This document shows positions 1-13,322 of a DNA stretch of 64,000 nucleotides, piece after piece (the stretch's first letter is position 1; each line of letters starts with the position of its first letter). Source of the DNA: Marsupella aquatica (Eukaryota > Plantae > Marchantiophyta); assembly GCA_973895155.1 (NCBI GenBank), contig OZ316897.1:8765832-8829831 (forward strand), written 5' to 3'. The position numbers and the translations under genes were made by a program. Under the pieces are notes generated by a model. That model had not been told where the DNA came from and searched no databases. It saw only the letters and a program-made list of their open reading frames with translations.

Positions 1-1241
1 TAACGTGTGGGAAACCCGAAAAGAAACCCATCAGCTTCTGGCAGGGTGTGAACATCGATAATTGGGACGTCAGGATTCTTGGGTGGCGCATGCATTCTCT
101 CCAGCACTTCCGCAGGAAGCGTCTCCGCTACCTGTCATAACCCACCATCGTTGCCACAAGGTCAATCTTTCAATCTTTCAGTCTCTCAGTTACGTCACAC
201 AGAGACGGAAAACTAGCTACAACACTACCTACCCCATCTACTCTGCAATTTCGATCCGAAGATAGCAAACCATCGATTGAGCTAGTAATTCTGTTCTTTA
301 AAACAAAGAAGGAATCAACACTGCAAATTCTGCAGTCCAGAAACTCGAAAATGAGTCTGCACTGATAATACTTCCGATCGAGGAGAAAGGAATGCAGCTT
401 ATCCTGCTGATCGGTATTTTGCGTTTTAGCTCCGCAGTAGGCAGTCTAATTTGTCTAATCTGCAGCTATGATCCTAGGCCAGGAACCTACCAGCAATTTC
501 ACTCTACAATACTCTGATCCAAAGGCAGGAAAGTAGTAAACAAGCTATAACAACAAACAGAGTGCAGATCCAGGGACAGAAGGAGAAAGTATGCACACTT
601 GATATAGACTGGCTTCGACGCCCTCCACAGAATTGGCCCCCTTAACGATCTCCTCTGCCAGCTTTGCCACATGGCTATACATGGAGTAGTAACTGCAAAG
701 GACAATCATCCATGCTCACCAATTGAGTAGATTCTGGTCGTCTGCGATATATAATTGAGTAAAAGCAACAACAGATTTCCAATCTGTTTTATATACTTTC
801 ATAGTACCCCAAAGAAAAGTAAGGGAACAACAGATCCTCTTCAATCCACTCTAAACTTCATTTCACATCCAAACGCAAGTGAGGAAAAATAGACTCTCTT
901 TAACAAATCCATTCCAAACTTCGAATAGTGTGACTGAACAGTTCGTGAGAATCCATCCCCAGCTGCACGAAGTATTATCATCAGGTCTGCTTTTGAGATC
1001 ACCGGAAATAGCCGATCATCTTCAAGCCATTGTCTCATATAACCAAGGCAAAAAGCAGCCATTGCTGTGGCAGGCAGACATTTGTGACTTCTCACAGCTA
1101 AGCCCAACATCAATCAATGCACCAATTAATCAATAGATCATCAATCAATAGTTGGAAACATTCCTGTGACACAATCAGCACATGACCTCCAAGGTGCATA
1201 GTTACTAAGTACACTCACATGACCCATACTTTCGTCACCAT
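1..1241 (-). CDS. FQR1: Flavodoxin-like NAD(P)H:quinone oxidoreductase (FQR1/WrbA family), paralog A; 5' part only, continues off the left edge
   Basis: Minus-strand exons 1241-1219 (MVTKVWVI), 692-599 ([31 protein letters not shown]) and 131-<1 ([43 protein letters not shown]), all with GT-AG borders. Exon sizes (23, 94 nt) equal those of the paralog at 14384. Confidence 0.9.
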
Positions 1242-1421
1242 CTTGTCCTCCTTCCTTCTGTTTCTTCCTCTGCTTCCTCAGGTTTCCACCTGTTTCTCTT
1301 GCTTTGCCTTTGCCGGCCAAACTCAAGGGGCAGCACGAGCTTCAGAGAAATCAATTTGAGTGAAACTTTCTCGACAGAAACGCAATTGATTCCGTTCAGG
1401 AACAGGAACACAGAACAATGG

Positions 1422-1589
1422 TGGTTTAATGAACGACGAAACTAAACGAATCTTATTCTTATTACTATTGGTGGAGAGCTCGGCCGAATCAGATTCTTCC
1501 CCTCCTGGTTTAATGAACGACAGAATTAAACCAATCTTATTCTTATTACTGTTGGTGGAGGGCTGGGCCCAATCAGATCCTTCCCCTCC
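1422..1589. repeat. Direct tandem duplication, two ~84-bp units upstream of FQR paralog A
   Basis: tggtttaatgaacgac...cttcccctcc starts at 1422 and again at 1506. Confidence 0.8.
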
Positions 1590-1912
1590 ACTCTAAGCGA
1601 TTTACTTGATGGACACCAAAATGGAAAGTATTACTTGATGCACCCCATGAGGTTCTGGGTATGATTCAAGGGGTACATTGATTCAAGGGGTACATCAAGT
1701 AAATAGGAAGTCTGGGTACGTTAATTTTAACTGCCACTAGCCATATAGAAGGGAGAAGTGTCCAAGATTTCTCACTTTTTCATTTTACTCTCATTCTTCT
1801 CTTCTCCAGTTCCATATTGCTCCACAAAATTCAAGAAAACATACTATTTATGGTGTTTTTGTCATGGCTAGTGGTGGTTTAAAGGTACATCAAGTAAATA
1901 GGACGTCTCAGA
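1590..1912. mobile_element. Possible degenerate MITE
   Basis: atttacttgatg near 1600 is inverted relative to catcaagtaaat near 1694 and 1888; AT-rich interior. Confidence 0.35.
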
Positions 1913-2574
1913 GCTTCACACATGCAGATGCTAGCTTCTTGGCCATAGGTTTTTTGGGATTTTCAGAGGGTTGTGTAAACTAAGGCATGTTTGTTTTTTT
2001 AAGTAGCCTCTAGAGTGACTTATGGTCATGGCACCTGATATAGCATGCTCATCCGCTTGATTTTTTTGGTCTTGTAGTGATCTGACAGTAAATAAAATAG
2101 GAGAGCATAACTAGAAGGATAATAATGTAAGTAAAGTGTCTACCAAGAAAAGCACAGTGACCAATGAAAAGTACAGTCAAGTTTCATGACACAATGATGC
2201 TACTATTTGTGCACTTAATTCAATGTGCCTTATGAATGACATTTCAATAAAAACCATAAATTTAGGAAAGAAAGACACTATGTGTTGATGTTATTCATAA
2301 CATTCTCTCACTCATGAGAATAATTTGTTCAAGTGGTGGAACTGTTGGTTTCATCTCTAAGAGATCACAAACTTTAAAAGTTGTAAAGGGGCTGCCAAAA
2401 AATTTTCAAAATACTCTAGAATACCTAAAATTAAAGGGGTCTAAAAATTAATTTAAAATGTATATGAACTTGGTGGGACCCCTCCGGTTTTGGGTATGTT
2501 GATTTGGTCTATCAAAGGTCTGGTTGATTTGGTCTTTCAAGGTCTATCAAAGGTTTGGATCACTCAAAGGTCCT

Positions 2575-2918
2575 TGTTAAATATTGCTCTAGTCTTGTGA
2601 CTCATGAGCTAACTACAGTTAGTCTAACTCGGATTAGGACTTAGCTAATGTTAGCGGTAGTGCTGTTGTGCATATAGCCAGTGCTGATGCCCGACCCTGG
2701 TGGAACTTAGGCTCATTGTTACGGAGCTAGTTGAGAGATAGGGAGAGCTTGTGCTGTGGATGCTTGGTATGGCCGGTCGGCCTAGAGTGCAGTAAAGCTC
2801 TTGTGTGTTCCTGTGGACGTAGCCTCATGTGGAGATGAACCACGTATCTCTCTGTGTCAACTATTGTGCGTTGGATGGTTCATGGGCTTGCCGTTACAAA
2901 TGTCGTCTATGCTCAACA
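2575..2918 (+). repeat. 5' LTR of the Tork-like Copia
   Basis: tgttaaatattgctctag...tgctcaaca, repeated at 7066-7409. Confidence 0.95.
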
Positions 2919-2929
2919 AGAAGAGAGAG

Positions 2930-5900
2930 ATGGCTAGATTTGGAGGAGTGAAGTTTGAGGTGGAGAAGTACGATGGTCGTACTGATTACTTGCTCTGGGA
3001 GAAGCAAGTGAAGGGTGTTCTACGGGCCATGGGCTTAGCTCATCTGTTTTCATCGCGAGAGCAGTATGATGGAGAGGAGGAGATTTCTGTGAGATAGTGG
3101 AGACAGGAGCAGGTGATTGGTGTCAATGCAATGATGCTATATCTCAAGCCGCACATCATCAAGCAGCTGGATGATTATGCGAATTGCACGTCACTGTTCA
3201 AGGCTCTAAGAGAGAAGTACTACCAGGAAGATGCGTCAGACCGGTTGTACAAGAAGTCTCTCTTGATGAGCCTCAGGCTCAAGGAAGGAAGCAAAATGCA
3301 GGATCACCTGGATGAGTTTGACAGTCTAGTGGTGGATCTGTCAAACCTGGGAAAAGGAGTTGAAGATGAGGATAAGGCCTTGCTTATGCTAAGCTTCTTA
3401 CCGTCATCTTATTAGGGCTTGAAACAGGTGCTCTTGTACAGAGATCTGAAGTCCATTTCGTATAATGAGGTGGTGAACTCTTTACTGTCTGATGATGCTC
3501 AGAAGAAGCTGGGTCAATCACAGACAACATCTTCTTCTGGCACTGCGCTCAATGTGAACAGGGGAAGAGCAACGCAGCGCACGAGTGGGCATAACAGGTT
3601 TAGATCTACATCACAGGGGAGATCTAAATCCAGAGGGAAATCGCAAGAGAGGAAGCCTCTTGCATGTTGGAATTGTGGCAAGCCTGGCCACATGGAAAGG
3701 GATTGTCGAGTAAAGGTCCCTACTGCATCTGCTAACGCGACATCGAGTTCACATGAGGTAGATTTACTCGATGATGATGACATATTGTGATGTCAAGGTT
3801 ATGCTCTCAACGTAGTGTCAAATCCAGGTAGTGATGACTGGATTCTAGATAGTGCATGTACTTTTCACATTTGCTCTAGAAGAGATTTTTTCAGTTCTTA
3901 CACGGTTTCCAACGGGTCAGTGTTGATGGGAATCCCATGTCAAGTTGTTGGACTTGGATCTGTAAGATTTCAGTGTTTGATGGTGCTGTAAGAACGTTAA
4001 GGAATGTGAAACATATTCCTAGCATGATGAAAAATCTCATTTCACTTGGAATTTTAGAGGCAAATGGCCATCAGTGGAGTTTTGCTAATGGTGTCCTTCA
4101 GGTTTCAATTGGTACTAAAGTTGTATTGAAGGGAAAGAGACATAGCAATCTATACGTTTTGGAGGGCAGTGTAGTTTGTGATGAAGCCAATGTAACCTTA
4201 TTTCATGAGGAGATGGCCTGGCTGTGGCACTTCTGTTTGGGCCACATGAGTGAAAAAAGTTTGGTTATTCTTCATAAGAAAGGATTACTTTCTAATTTGT
4301 AATCTTGTAAGTTAGAATTTTTTGAGCACTGTGTGCTTGGGAAGCAGCACAGGAAACCCTTCGGAGTTGGAACTCACACCAGCAAGGAGGTACTTGAGTA
4401 TGTACATAGTGATGTGTGGGGTCCAGCCCCTACTCCCTCACATTCTGGACGGTTATACTATATCACGTTTATTGATGATTACTCAAGGTATGTGTGAATA
4501 TACTTTTTACACAGTAAGTCTGATATTTTTGCCACTTTTAAGGAGTGGAAAGCCCAAGTTGAGAATCAAACTGGTAATAAGGTGAGATATCTACGATCGG
4601 ATAACGGCGGTGAATATAGTTCTGGTGAATTTGGAACGTATTGTAAGGAGCAGGGGATTACCCGCCATCTCACAACAAGTTATACTCATCAGCAGAATGG
4701 TGTTTCTGAGAGACTCAACCGAACATTATTGGATCGCTCGAGGAGTATGTTGAGTCAATCATGCTTACTACATGAGTTTTGGGCTGAAGCTGTCAACACT
4801 GCAGCTTATTTGGTAAATTTTTCTCCATCCAGTTCTATTGGATTCAAGATGCCATTTGAAATGAGGTACGGGAGTCCAGCAGATTACTCACATCTGAGGA
4901 TTTTTGGATGTGATGCTTATGTGCTTACACCTTCCCAGCTTCGATCCAAGCTGGAGTCCAAGTCAAAGAAGTGCATTTTCCTTGGCTATCAAAAAGGTAT
5001 GAAGGGTTATAGGTTATGGGATCCAGTAACCTGTAAGTTAATTGTCAGTAGAGATGTGTCCTTTAATAAGTCCAGATCATCAAAGGAGGGCGAGAGTTCT
5101 CAGGACTCTCATACTGACAAGGGGAAATCTCTCATCCCGGACCGGGTTGAGGGGGAGATTAGTCATGATGCAATTCATGATAGGACAGATGGAGAAGCTC
5201 CGGGCTTGGAGCTGGTTCATGTGATGGAACAAGAGGAGCAGATTGTTGCTGGGGTACCTCAAATTGAGCCAGCAGCAACAACAGATCAGCCTGAGTCATC
5301 TACTAGAAGAACTTCCAGTCGTTCTACTAGAGCTCCTACCAGGTATGGTCAATGGGCAGACTCATCTAAGCTAGATGACATTGACATTGCACCTGATGAT
5401 GATGATATGGCTTTGATCTTGGAAGAAGGAGAACCTTTTTCGTACAGTGAGGCTTGTGCTTCAGAGCAGAAGCATGAGTGGAATGCAGCAATGCAAAGGG
5501 AGTTGCAATCTTTGAGTGACAACAAGACATGGGAGCTGGTGGAGCTTTCAAGAGGTCAGCAAGTGGTGGACAACAAGTGGATTTATAAGTTGAAAGACAG
5601 TCCTTCAGAGGGTGGAGATAAGATCTACAAGGCAAGGCTTGTTGCCAAGGGGTTCACTAAGGAGAAAGGAGTGGACTACAATGAGGTTTTTTCACCGGTG
5701 GCTAAGTATTCCACAATTCGGATCTTGTGTGAGCTTGTTATGTTTTTTGGTCTGGTGATGGATCAGATGGATGTTGTTATTGCTTTTCTCTATGGCAAGT
5801 TGGAAGAGTTGATCTTCATGAGACAGCCACTAGGCTTTATGAAGAAGGGCCAAGAGAACTTAGTTTGCAGATTGCTCAAGTCCTTGTATGGATTGAAGCA

Positions 5901-7025
5901 GTCTCCTAGACAATGGAACAAGCGGTTTGATAATTCATGTTTGCTCAAGGTTTTACAAAGATGGTGTATGATCCTTGTGTGTATACAAAATCAGTCAAGA
6001 ATGATGTATTTGGTTTCATCATTCTGGTGATCTATGTGGATGACATGCTGATTGTGGCTAAAGATCAATCTGAGGTTGACAGTCTCAAGGCGAAATTGAG
6101 TGTTGAATTCATGATGAAGGATCTTGGTAAGGCCAAGAGGATCTTAGGGATGGAGATTTTTAGGAACTCTGATACTGGGCAGTTGTGCTTGAGTCAAGGC
6201 CAATATCCAAGAAAAGTATTTGCACGATTCAACATGGAAAACTGTAAGCCAATGAGTATTCCTTTAGCTTCACATTTCAAGTTATCATCGGCTTTCTCTC
6301 CTACGGATGCTGTGGAGAAAGGTCTTATGGCTAAGATTCCTTATGAGAAGACAGTAGGCAGTCTGATGTATTTGATGACTTGTACTAGGCCTGACTTGGC
6401 CCTAGCGATGGGCAAGGTTAGCAGATTCATGTCAAATCCAGGAAAGGTACACTGGGAAGCTGTGAAATGGATTCTCAGGTATCTCAAGGGTACACAGGAC
6501 TATGGATTACTATTTGATAACAGATCAGATAGAACGTTAGTTGGTTATGTAGATTCTGACTATGGAGGCTGTCTGGATACAAGGAGGTCTACAACTGGGT
6601 TTGTATACACTCTTGGAGGAGGATGTATCAGTTGGAAATCTACCTTGTAGAAGTGCATTTCTCAGTCTACTACAGAAGCAGAGTATGTTGCGGCAACAGA
6701 AGCAGCAAAGGAGGCAATTTGGTTGGATAAGTTGATCGCGGAGATGAGTTTAGAGCATGGAAAAATGACTCTAAACTGTGATAGTCAGAGTGCTCTTCAC
6801 TTAGCTGCTAACCAGGTGATGGATAGCAGGGTGAAGCACATTGATATCAGGTACCATTTTATTAGGCAAGTAATGTCTGATAAAACTTTTGAGCTAGTCA
6901 AGATTGATGGAAAGCTCAATCCCGTTGATGCCTTTACCAAAGTGATTCCTTTGGAGAGTTTCTCAAGACACCGTGCTTGGTTTGGTGATTGTCTAGAACT
7001 TCCCGCTAAGGATTCCATATGGTAG
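2930..7025 (+). pseudogene. Disrupted Copia gag-pol polyprotein
   Basis: gag MARFGGVKFEVEKYDG, zinc knuckle CWNCGKPGHMERDC, protease WILDS, integrase RSDNGGEY and NGVSER, RT YKARLVAKGF, SLYGLKQSPRQW and YVDD, RNase H GYVDSD and KHIDIRYHF. Broken by several stops and frameshifts. Confidence 0.92.
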
Positions 7026-7065
7026 CATTTAGTCCACTCCCCAAGACAAGAGTCAAGGGGGAGTT

Positions 7066-7409
7066 TGTTAGATATTGCTCTAGTCTTGTGACTCATGAGC
7101 TAACTACAGTTAGTCTAACTCGGGTTAGGACTTAGCTAATGTTAGCGGTAGTGCTGTTGTGTATATAGCCAGGGCTGATGCTAGATCCTGGTGGAACTTA
7201 GGCTCATTGTTACGGAGCCAGTTGAGAGATAGGGAGAGCTTGTGCTGTGGATGCTTGGTATGGCCGGTCGGCCTAGAGTGCAATAAAGCTCTTGTGTGTT
7301 CCCGTGGACGTAGCCTCATGTGGAGGTGAACCACGTATCTCTCTGTGTCGACTATTGTGCGTTGGATGGTTCATGGGTTTGCCGTTACGAATGTCGTCTA
7401 TGCTCAACA
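7066..7409 (+). repeat. 3' LTR of the Tork-like Copia
   Basis: Direct repeat of 2575-2918. Confidence 0.95.
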
Positions 7410-8369
7410 GTCCCATCAAGTAACACTTTTCATTTTGGGGGTCCATCAAACATATTCCTTGGGCATATGACCCATCTTTATGGAAAAAGTTATGGATTAT
7501 GAATTTAATAGTCCATAATTTTTTCTCTCTATAACCTTAACTAGTAATTTAAGGCCTATCAAAATTTGAGGTTTGAGACCCCCTAATGTCTTCCTTCTCT
7601 CTCGTGGCCTTAACTTTATGCATTAGTCCCATCCTGGTTGCAATAAATAGTTAATTAAGATTTTGAACCTAGTGACAATATCTTAGAGTTGCTTGTGAAA
7701 GCCCTACACTCATGCTCCCATGGGCCTGGACACATTTTACACTACTCATTGACACCCTTCTTGGTTCTAAAATGTATTGGACTGGAATCTGTGACCTTCA
7801 AATAATCCATGATTGATATCTCTACTGGAATAGGCTCTTCTTGTGCTCTTCCCAGCTTGGAAATAGTCCATAATGCTTCTATTTCTGAACTCAAAAGAAT
7901 TTTGCTATGCCAATGTCAGAATTTTCGAAGTATCTTATGTAAACATTGACTTTTTAGTGTATATGTATAAGCTAGAAAAAGAATAAAATCAGAAGAATAG
8001 TATTTTGGCCTTGCTTTATTTCCCGGCATAAAATTTGCGCAGGTTCTGGGAAAACCGCATTAAAACTAATGTTGTCCTTCCTAAGTGCACACTCCAAGAA
8101 AGAAGCCAGGATTTGCACTTCCTGCTGCTAGAGCACCTTGATTTTCAGTCATTCCTCTTCCCTCTGTCCAAATAGAGAGATGTTTAAATAGGATTCTATT
8201 GCCTTCCTTAAACCAACAATTGTACACCCAAAACAGATTTACGTCCCTATCATGAACCCATGTCAAGTGTCTCATAACTGCAACAATAACTACATAGAAT
8301 TTTGTGCTCTTTTCCCATAAGTGTGCAATGCCCTTATATAGTTGTTATTCAGTGAAGCCCTTTTGCTGG

Positions 8370-9960
8370 CCTATTTGGACTTGTGTTAACTGCAAAAAAG
8401 TGCAAAATGGTCAGAAAAAAGAGGAAGAATGGGAATGCCTTGCCATTAGCCAAGGGTTTGCACTTATGGAGCACTCAGGAAGAGCTCACATTACTGGAGT
8501 CAAACCCAAAATTTACCAGTTGGGTGTTTGACATCAGTGTGCACATCTCCTTACATGGAATTTAATTTGCATTAGTTTGGTTACACTCTCTTAGTCAAGC
8601 TCAGATGTGCCAGTTTGGGTTACATGCACCTATACATTGTATACCCCGATCTGTGTCAAATAGTGGAACCTCTTTGCACTTATAAAAATACCAAATACTA
8701 AAATGGTCAAGGGAACAATTAGATTCTTGCCATTACCCAGCGTTTGTATTTATGGAGCACATTGGAAGAGCTGACTGGACTACAGTTGAATCCAACAGAG
8801 GAACTCAATTAGTTGTCTGATGAAAAGCATTACTTATGAAGCCTTTATCCTCTGTCCAGATTGACCATAAGAGTGCCACATAGGATATTACCCATCAGTG
8901 TACACAAACCCAAATAGAGAGTTTTGCACTTAGAAAATCTCATTTGGTGCAGCCCTCTTTGCACTCACGAAAACTGCCAAAAGTGCAAAATGGTGAGAAA
9001 AAAGGAAGAATGGGTTTCTTGCCACTTATTCAGGTGTTGTACTTCCACATTGTCATTTAGTGGAGCCCACTTTGCACTTGTACCAACCTCGGTACCAACT
9101 GCCAAAAAGTGCAAAATGGTCAGGAAAAATGGGAAGAATGGGATGCCTTGCAATTATTCAGGGTTTGTATGTCTACATTTGTAATTTCGTAGAGCCCTCT
9201 TACACCATAACAATTGCCAGCAAGTCTCTTTGCCCCGTGGGTTTTTGCCAGGGTGTGTTTTTGAATATCATTGGGTGCATTGTTTTGGTTTAGTATTGGA
9301 TAATTCTAGGGACTCTAGAACCTAATTGAAGCTCGAGTTAAGGATTATCTCAAATAGTTGTATATCCTATTAGCAGGGAGTAATCATTTCACCACTAATT
9401 TTATAATTTTTTGCTTTGAAAGGCAGACTAGTCCAACCTGATCAAAAGCAGGAAAATGCAAAGCAAAAAAATGTATTTTTTGTTTGTTTTATTTCATTGG
9501 ACCCTTTCCTCCCCTCCGGCCTGCAGTTGCCATGCGAATAAAGCCGGACTCTTTTCAAGAACAACAACAAAAAGTGCCAAAAATACAAAATAATCAACAA
9601 AAAGTGCAAACCAATGGTCAGGAAAAAAGGAGAGAGCGGGAAATCTTGCAATTATCCACCATATGGAGCACTTTGGAAGGGCACTTTTTAACAATGGAGA
9701 GAAATGGAACATCTTGCAATTAACCAGGGGTTTTCATGGAGCACCTTTCAACAACAAAAAAGTGCCAAAAAAGTGCACAAATAGCAATCAAAACGTTCCA
9801 AAATCGGCACACAAGAAGCCAGGGGAGAACTGGCCATCTTGCAATAATTATCCAGAATTTGCACATACGGAGCATTTTGGAAAGGCTGACTGGAGTGCAC
9901 CAGAATCCAACAAAAAAAATCACTCCAAAAGCACTATTATTATCAATATTATATTATTAC
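8370..9960. repeat. Dispersed degenerate repeats, probably subterminal repeats of a decayed DNA transposon
   Basis: Motif aaaagtgcaaaatggtcag-aaaa...cttgc(c/a)attatccagg...atggagcac recurs near 8395, 8690, 8980, 9105, 9600, 9710 and 9835. Confidence 0.6.
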
Positions 9961-10092
9961 TCTGTTGGTAACGCTCCATGCTTCTAGAACGAATCCAAAC
10001 AGAAGAGTCCAGTCTCCCCCTTCAGCACAGCATAGTCCATGAGACCGTGACTTTCTGTCGCCCTCGAAAGTGAAGTCCCGATTCTCCCCAAA

Positions 10093-10242
10093 GTCCGTCA
10101 TCTGCCCTGACGTGCCTGACAGATGACGTCAACCCTTGATCTACGGGCTCGACCATGCCACGTACTGAAATCCCACACATTGCAACGTCAGGGGCAGCCT
10201 CTAGCGTCAGGCATCTAAACCGTACGCTATATACACGTGTCG
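10093..10242. promoter_or_regulatory. Cluster of TGACG (bZIP/TGA, as-1-like) and G-box motifs
   Basis: TGACG/CGTCA at 10096, 10108, 10124 (perfect TGACGTCA), 10186 and 10205; CCACGT at ~10158; CACGTG at ~10234. GC-richer island within AT-rich DNA. Confidence 0.4.
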
Positions 10243-11904
10243 ATAGGCGCCCTTCCCGCTGCCATTGCCAAACAGTCAGGCTTTAATTAAAATAAATTCT
10301 ATATCTGGGTATACAGTGTTCAATCAAATTAAATACTTTTTAGAGGACAATATTTGAAGCTGCCGTTTTGAGAGGCAGGTAATGGAATTTGTATCTTTAC
10401 TAGTTTTAGTATGTTCAGGATCTCTCGCTTTGAAGGCTGTTTGTGCTCACAGGAGATTTTTCTATCAACTTATTTTAGTAAAAATAGAATGGCATCTTTA
10501 GTGTGCTTTCTTTTCCAAAACTACTCTGAAATTACAAAGAGAAAAGACAGGAAGGGACTTAACTATATGCTAACCTCTTTTTCGTGTGCTGTAGTAACGT
10601 GACCTTAATATATTTTAATTTTTACTAATTTTATTAAAAGTAGAGGAGAATAGTCAAGATGGGTTGATACAAATCTTGTTCACTCTTTTCCAGGAATGCC
10701 TTGAAAGATACAAAGAGTAAAATCATGAACGGCATTCACTATACAGTGGAGACTCAAGTCATCTCTCAACGCTTGACACTCCTCTCCACTCTTACTATTT
10801 ACACTCCAAAATCAGTTGAGTCAAAATGAGCATGTATTTTGAAGACTTTGTGATAAGCAAAAATCACAAACAACTTGTAGAAAGAGACAACTTTGACTTT
10901 AGAGCACTCCATGACCTCATCTGGATTTTTATGAGTTAATCTGACTGTAGCAGTGCAAAAATTCACTCCTAGGAGAATTCATCATTTATCTCAGCCAGTC
11001 CCTTGAAGTATAACTCTACTAGACCTATCTGCAAAGGTAGTGACTCTCTTAGACATTGCTAGTTTTACAATTTGTGTTTCAAAATAGAACCTATACGCAA
11101 AGGTTGTGACTATTTTAGTGCAAGTTTTACGGTATTTTTTCAAGATACCCTGTTCACAAAGGTAGTGACTGTTGTAGTGCGTGTTTTAGTTTTCGTTTTT
11201 CAAAACATTAGTTCTCTGCAAACTCGGTTAATCAGGCATGAGTGGTGACTCTTTTTTGACAAAAGTGGCACGAGTGATGGTTTCTTGAAAAAAATTGGCC
11301 TGATTGGTGACTCTTGACAAAAGTGACATGGCATGACAAAAGCAGCACGAGAGGAAAGATTAGTAGGAAAATGTTCTTGGCAACCAAATGGATGTAAAAG
11401 TATATAAGATTACTGGGAGACATGATCCCAAATTAAGGCCAAAAACCCAATAAAGGGAGAAAGACAAAGAAAAAATCTGGGAAAACCAATGAGCCAAAGA
11501 GTCAAAAGCCCCATAGCCCAACGACAAAAGCACTGAAGCCCTACTAAGCCACAAACTGAAAAGCCTGCTAGAGCTCTAGGGTAAACTACATCAGAGGTTC
11601 ACAAAGCTGAAGCTGACTAGAAGCACTAAAACCATGCAACCGCCTCAGCCAAAGAAGGTCACAGGTTTTCTAAAGAAGCAGCAACACATAGGAAACAAAT
11701 GAGTTTATGGACATATCAATTTTGTCTTAGAGCAACTCCAAGGGGTACGGGTTAGTCTAGTGTAATGCTATGAGAAAAATAGTCAACTCCAATGAGTAAC
11801 TGGAATGCTACTTAGTTGTGAACTTAGTGGGGTTTTTGGTTGTTGGAAGTGTACTTGAACGATTGTATAAGGCATTGACTCATACATGATTCATTCCTGG
11901 TCTA

Positions 11905-12760
11905 TCCAAGATCTACTGAGTAGTATCTAAGAGTGCCTATGTCAGGAGGTTGTAGAAACCCCAGTAAGGCTAAGTATCCTGGATCTAATGATATATATCC
12001 AAGGGTTCCTATGTGGGAGGTTGTAAAAAACACACTGACCATTGGGCTTGCATTTTGGCATATCATCCTTGCTACATTCAGTACACTAAAATGCGAGGAG
12101 GTTGTAGAAAACCCAGTAAGGCTACCCAAGATCTAATTATTAGTATCCAAGGTGTGTGTGTGTCAGGAGGTTATTAAAACCCCAGTAAGGGTACCCAAGA
12201 TCTAATGATTAGATCCAATTGTGCCTTTGTCAGGAGTGTGTAAAAAACCCAGTAAGGCTATTCAAGATCTAATTATTACTATCCGAGGGTGCCTATGTCA
12301 GAGGTTGTAAAAAACCAAGTAACAAATTGGGCTTGAATTTTGGCATATCGTCTTTGCTATATTAAGTATACTAAACTGCCAGGAAGGAGGTTGTAAAAAA
12401 TCCAGTAAGACTACGCAAGATCTAATTATTAGTATCCAAGGTGTGTGTGTGTCAGGAGGTTATTAAAACCCAGTAAGGCTACCCCAGATCTAATGATTAG
12501 TACCCAATTGTGCCTATGTCAGGAGTTTGTAAAAAACCCAGTAAGCCAGTAAGGCTATTCAGTAAGGCTATTCAGTAAGGCTAATAAACATCTAATTATT
12601 AGTACCCACAGGTGTGTGTCAGGAGTTTGTAAAGTACCCAGTTAGACTGCCCAAGATCTAATGATTAGTATCACAGTGACAACGTAAATAGGTTGTAAGA
12701 AACTTAGTAATTATTGGGCTTGCATTTTGGTATATCGTCGTTGCCATGTACAATATACTA
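11905..12760. repeat. Satellite-like array of ~60-65-bp units with higher-order structure
   Basis: Unit aggaggttgtaaaaacccagtaaggctacccaagatctaattattagtatcc is repeated about 10 times. A second module, attgggcttgcattttggcatatc, sits at ~12041, 12326 and 12714. Confidence 0.85.
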
Positions 12761-12896
12761 CAAAAATATTTCATGTCTACGATTCTAATCCGATTCCTAT
12801 TCCCTGAATGTTAATAAAAATGATGATGAAAATAATCATACATGATCATCACTTTGATATATATTATATTTTTCTTTCCATCTGAGCAAATTTTGG

Positions 12897-13322
12897 TGGG
12901 ACCCTAGAGTCTATCTGTAGTGGGACCCTAGAGTCACTGGCTATGCTTGTATCTATAGTGGGACCCTAGAGTCACTGTCTATATGCTTGAAGACTAGACC
13001 CCCAACTCTAGCCTCTCTATAATTGCTAGTAGACCCCAACTCTAGCCTCTCTATCATTGCTAGTAGACCCCAACTCTAGCCTCTATATCATTGCTAATAG
13101 TTATATAGATTTAATGTATAGAGTGACTAAATAGATTATTGGGCTTGGAAATCTTATCTTATTAATTGGAACACTTGGAACTTAATTAAACCACAAATAC
13201 ACAAATCTGTGTACAAATGCTCCAGGTGACCGGAGCTGTCATACCAGAAACGTGACCATTGTGTTTTTGGCCATGACCGGAGCTGTCATACCAGAAACGT
13301 GACCATTGTGTTTTTTGGCCAT
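12897..13322. repeat. Short tandem repeats
   Basis: gtgggaccctagagtc x3; agaccccaactctagcctct...attgctagt x3; ~48-bp tgaccggagctgtcataccagaaacgtgaccattgtg x2. Confidence 0.75.

Larger units (their letters stand above)
2575..7409 (+). mobile_element. Ty1/Copia LTR retrotransposon, Tork/Tnt1-like, decayed
   Basis: 344-bp TG..CA LTRs at 2575-2918 and 7066-7409 (14 mismatches counted by eye, ~96%). TSD gtcct/gtccc; polypurine tract aagggggag before the 3' LTR; gag-PR-IN-RT-RH domain order. Confidence 0.95.
2431..7586. mobile_element. Tourist/Harbinger-like MITE split by the Copia insertion (parts 2431-2574 and 7410-7586)
   Basis: Right end gtttgagaccccctaa (7571-7586) matches the terminus of the MITE at 44499-44755, and 7484-7520 matches that MITE's interior in reverse. 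Degenerate left end ttaaaggggtctaaaa at 2431. Confidence 0.45.
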
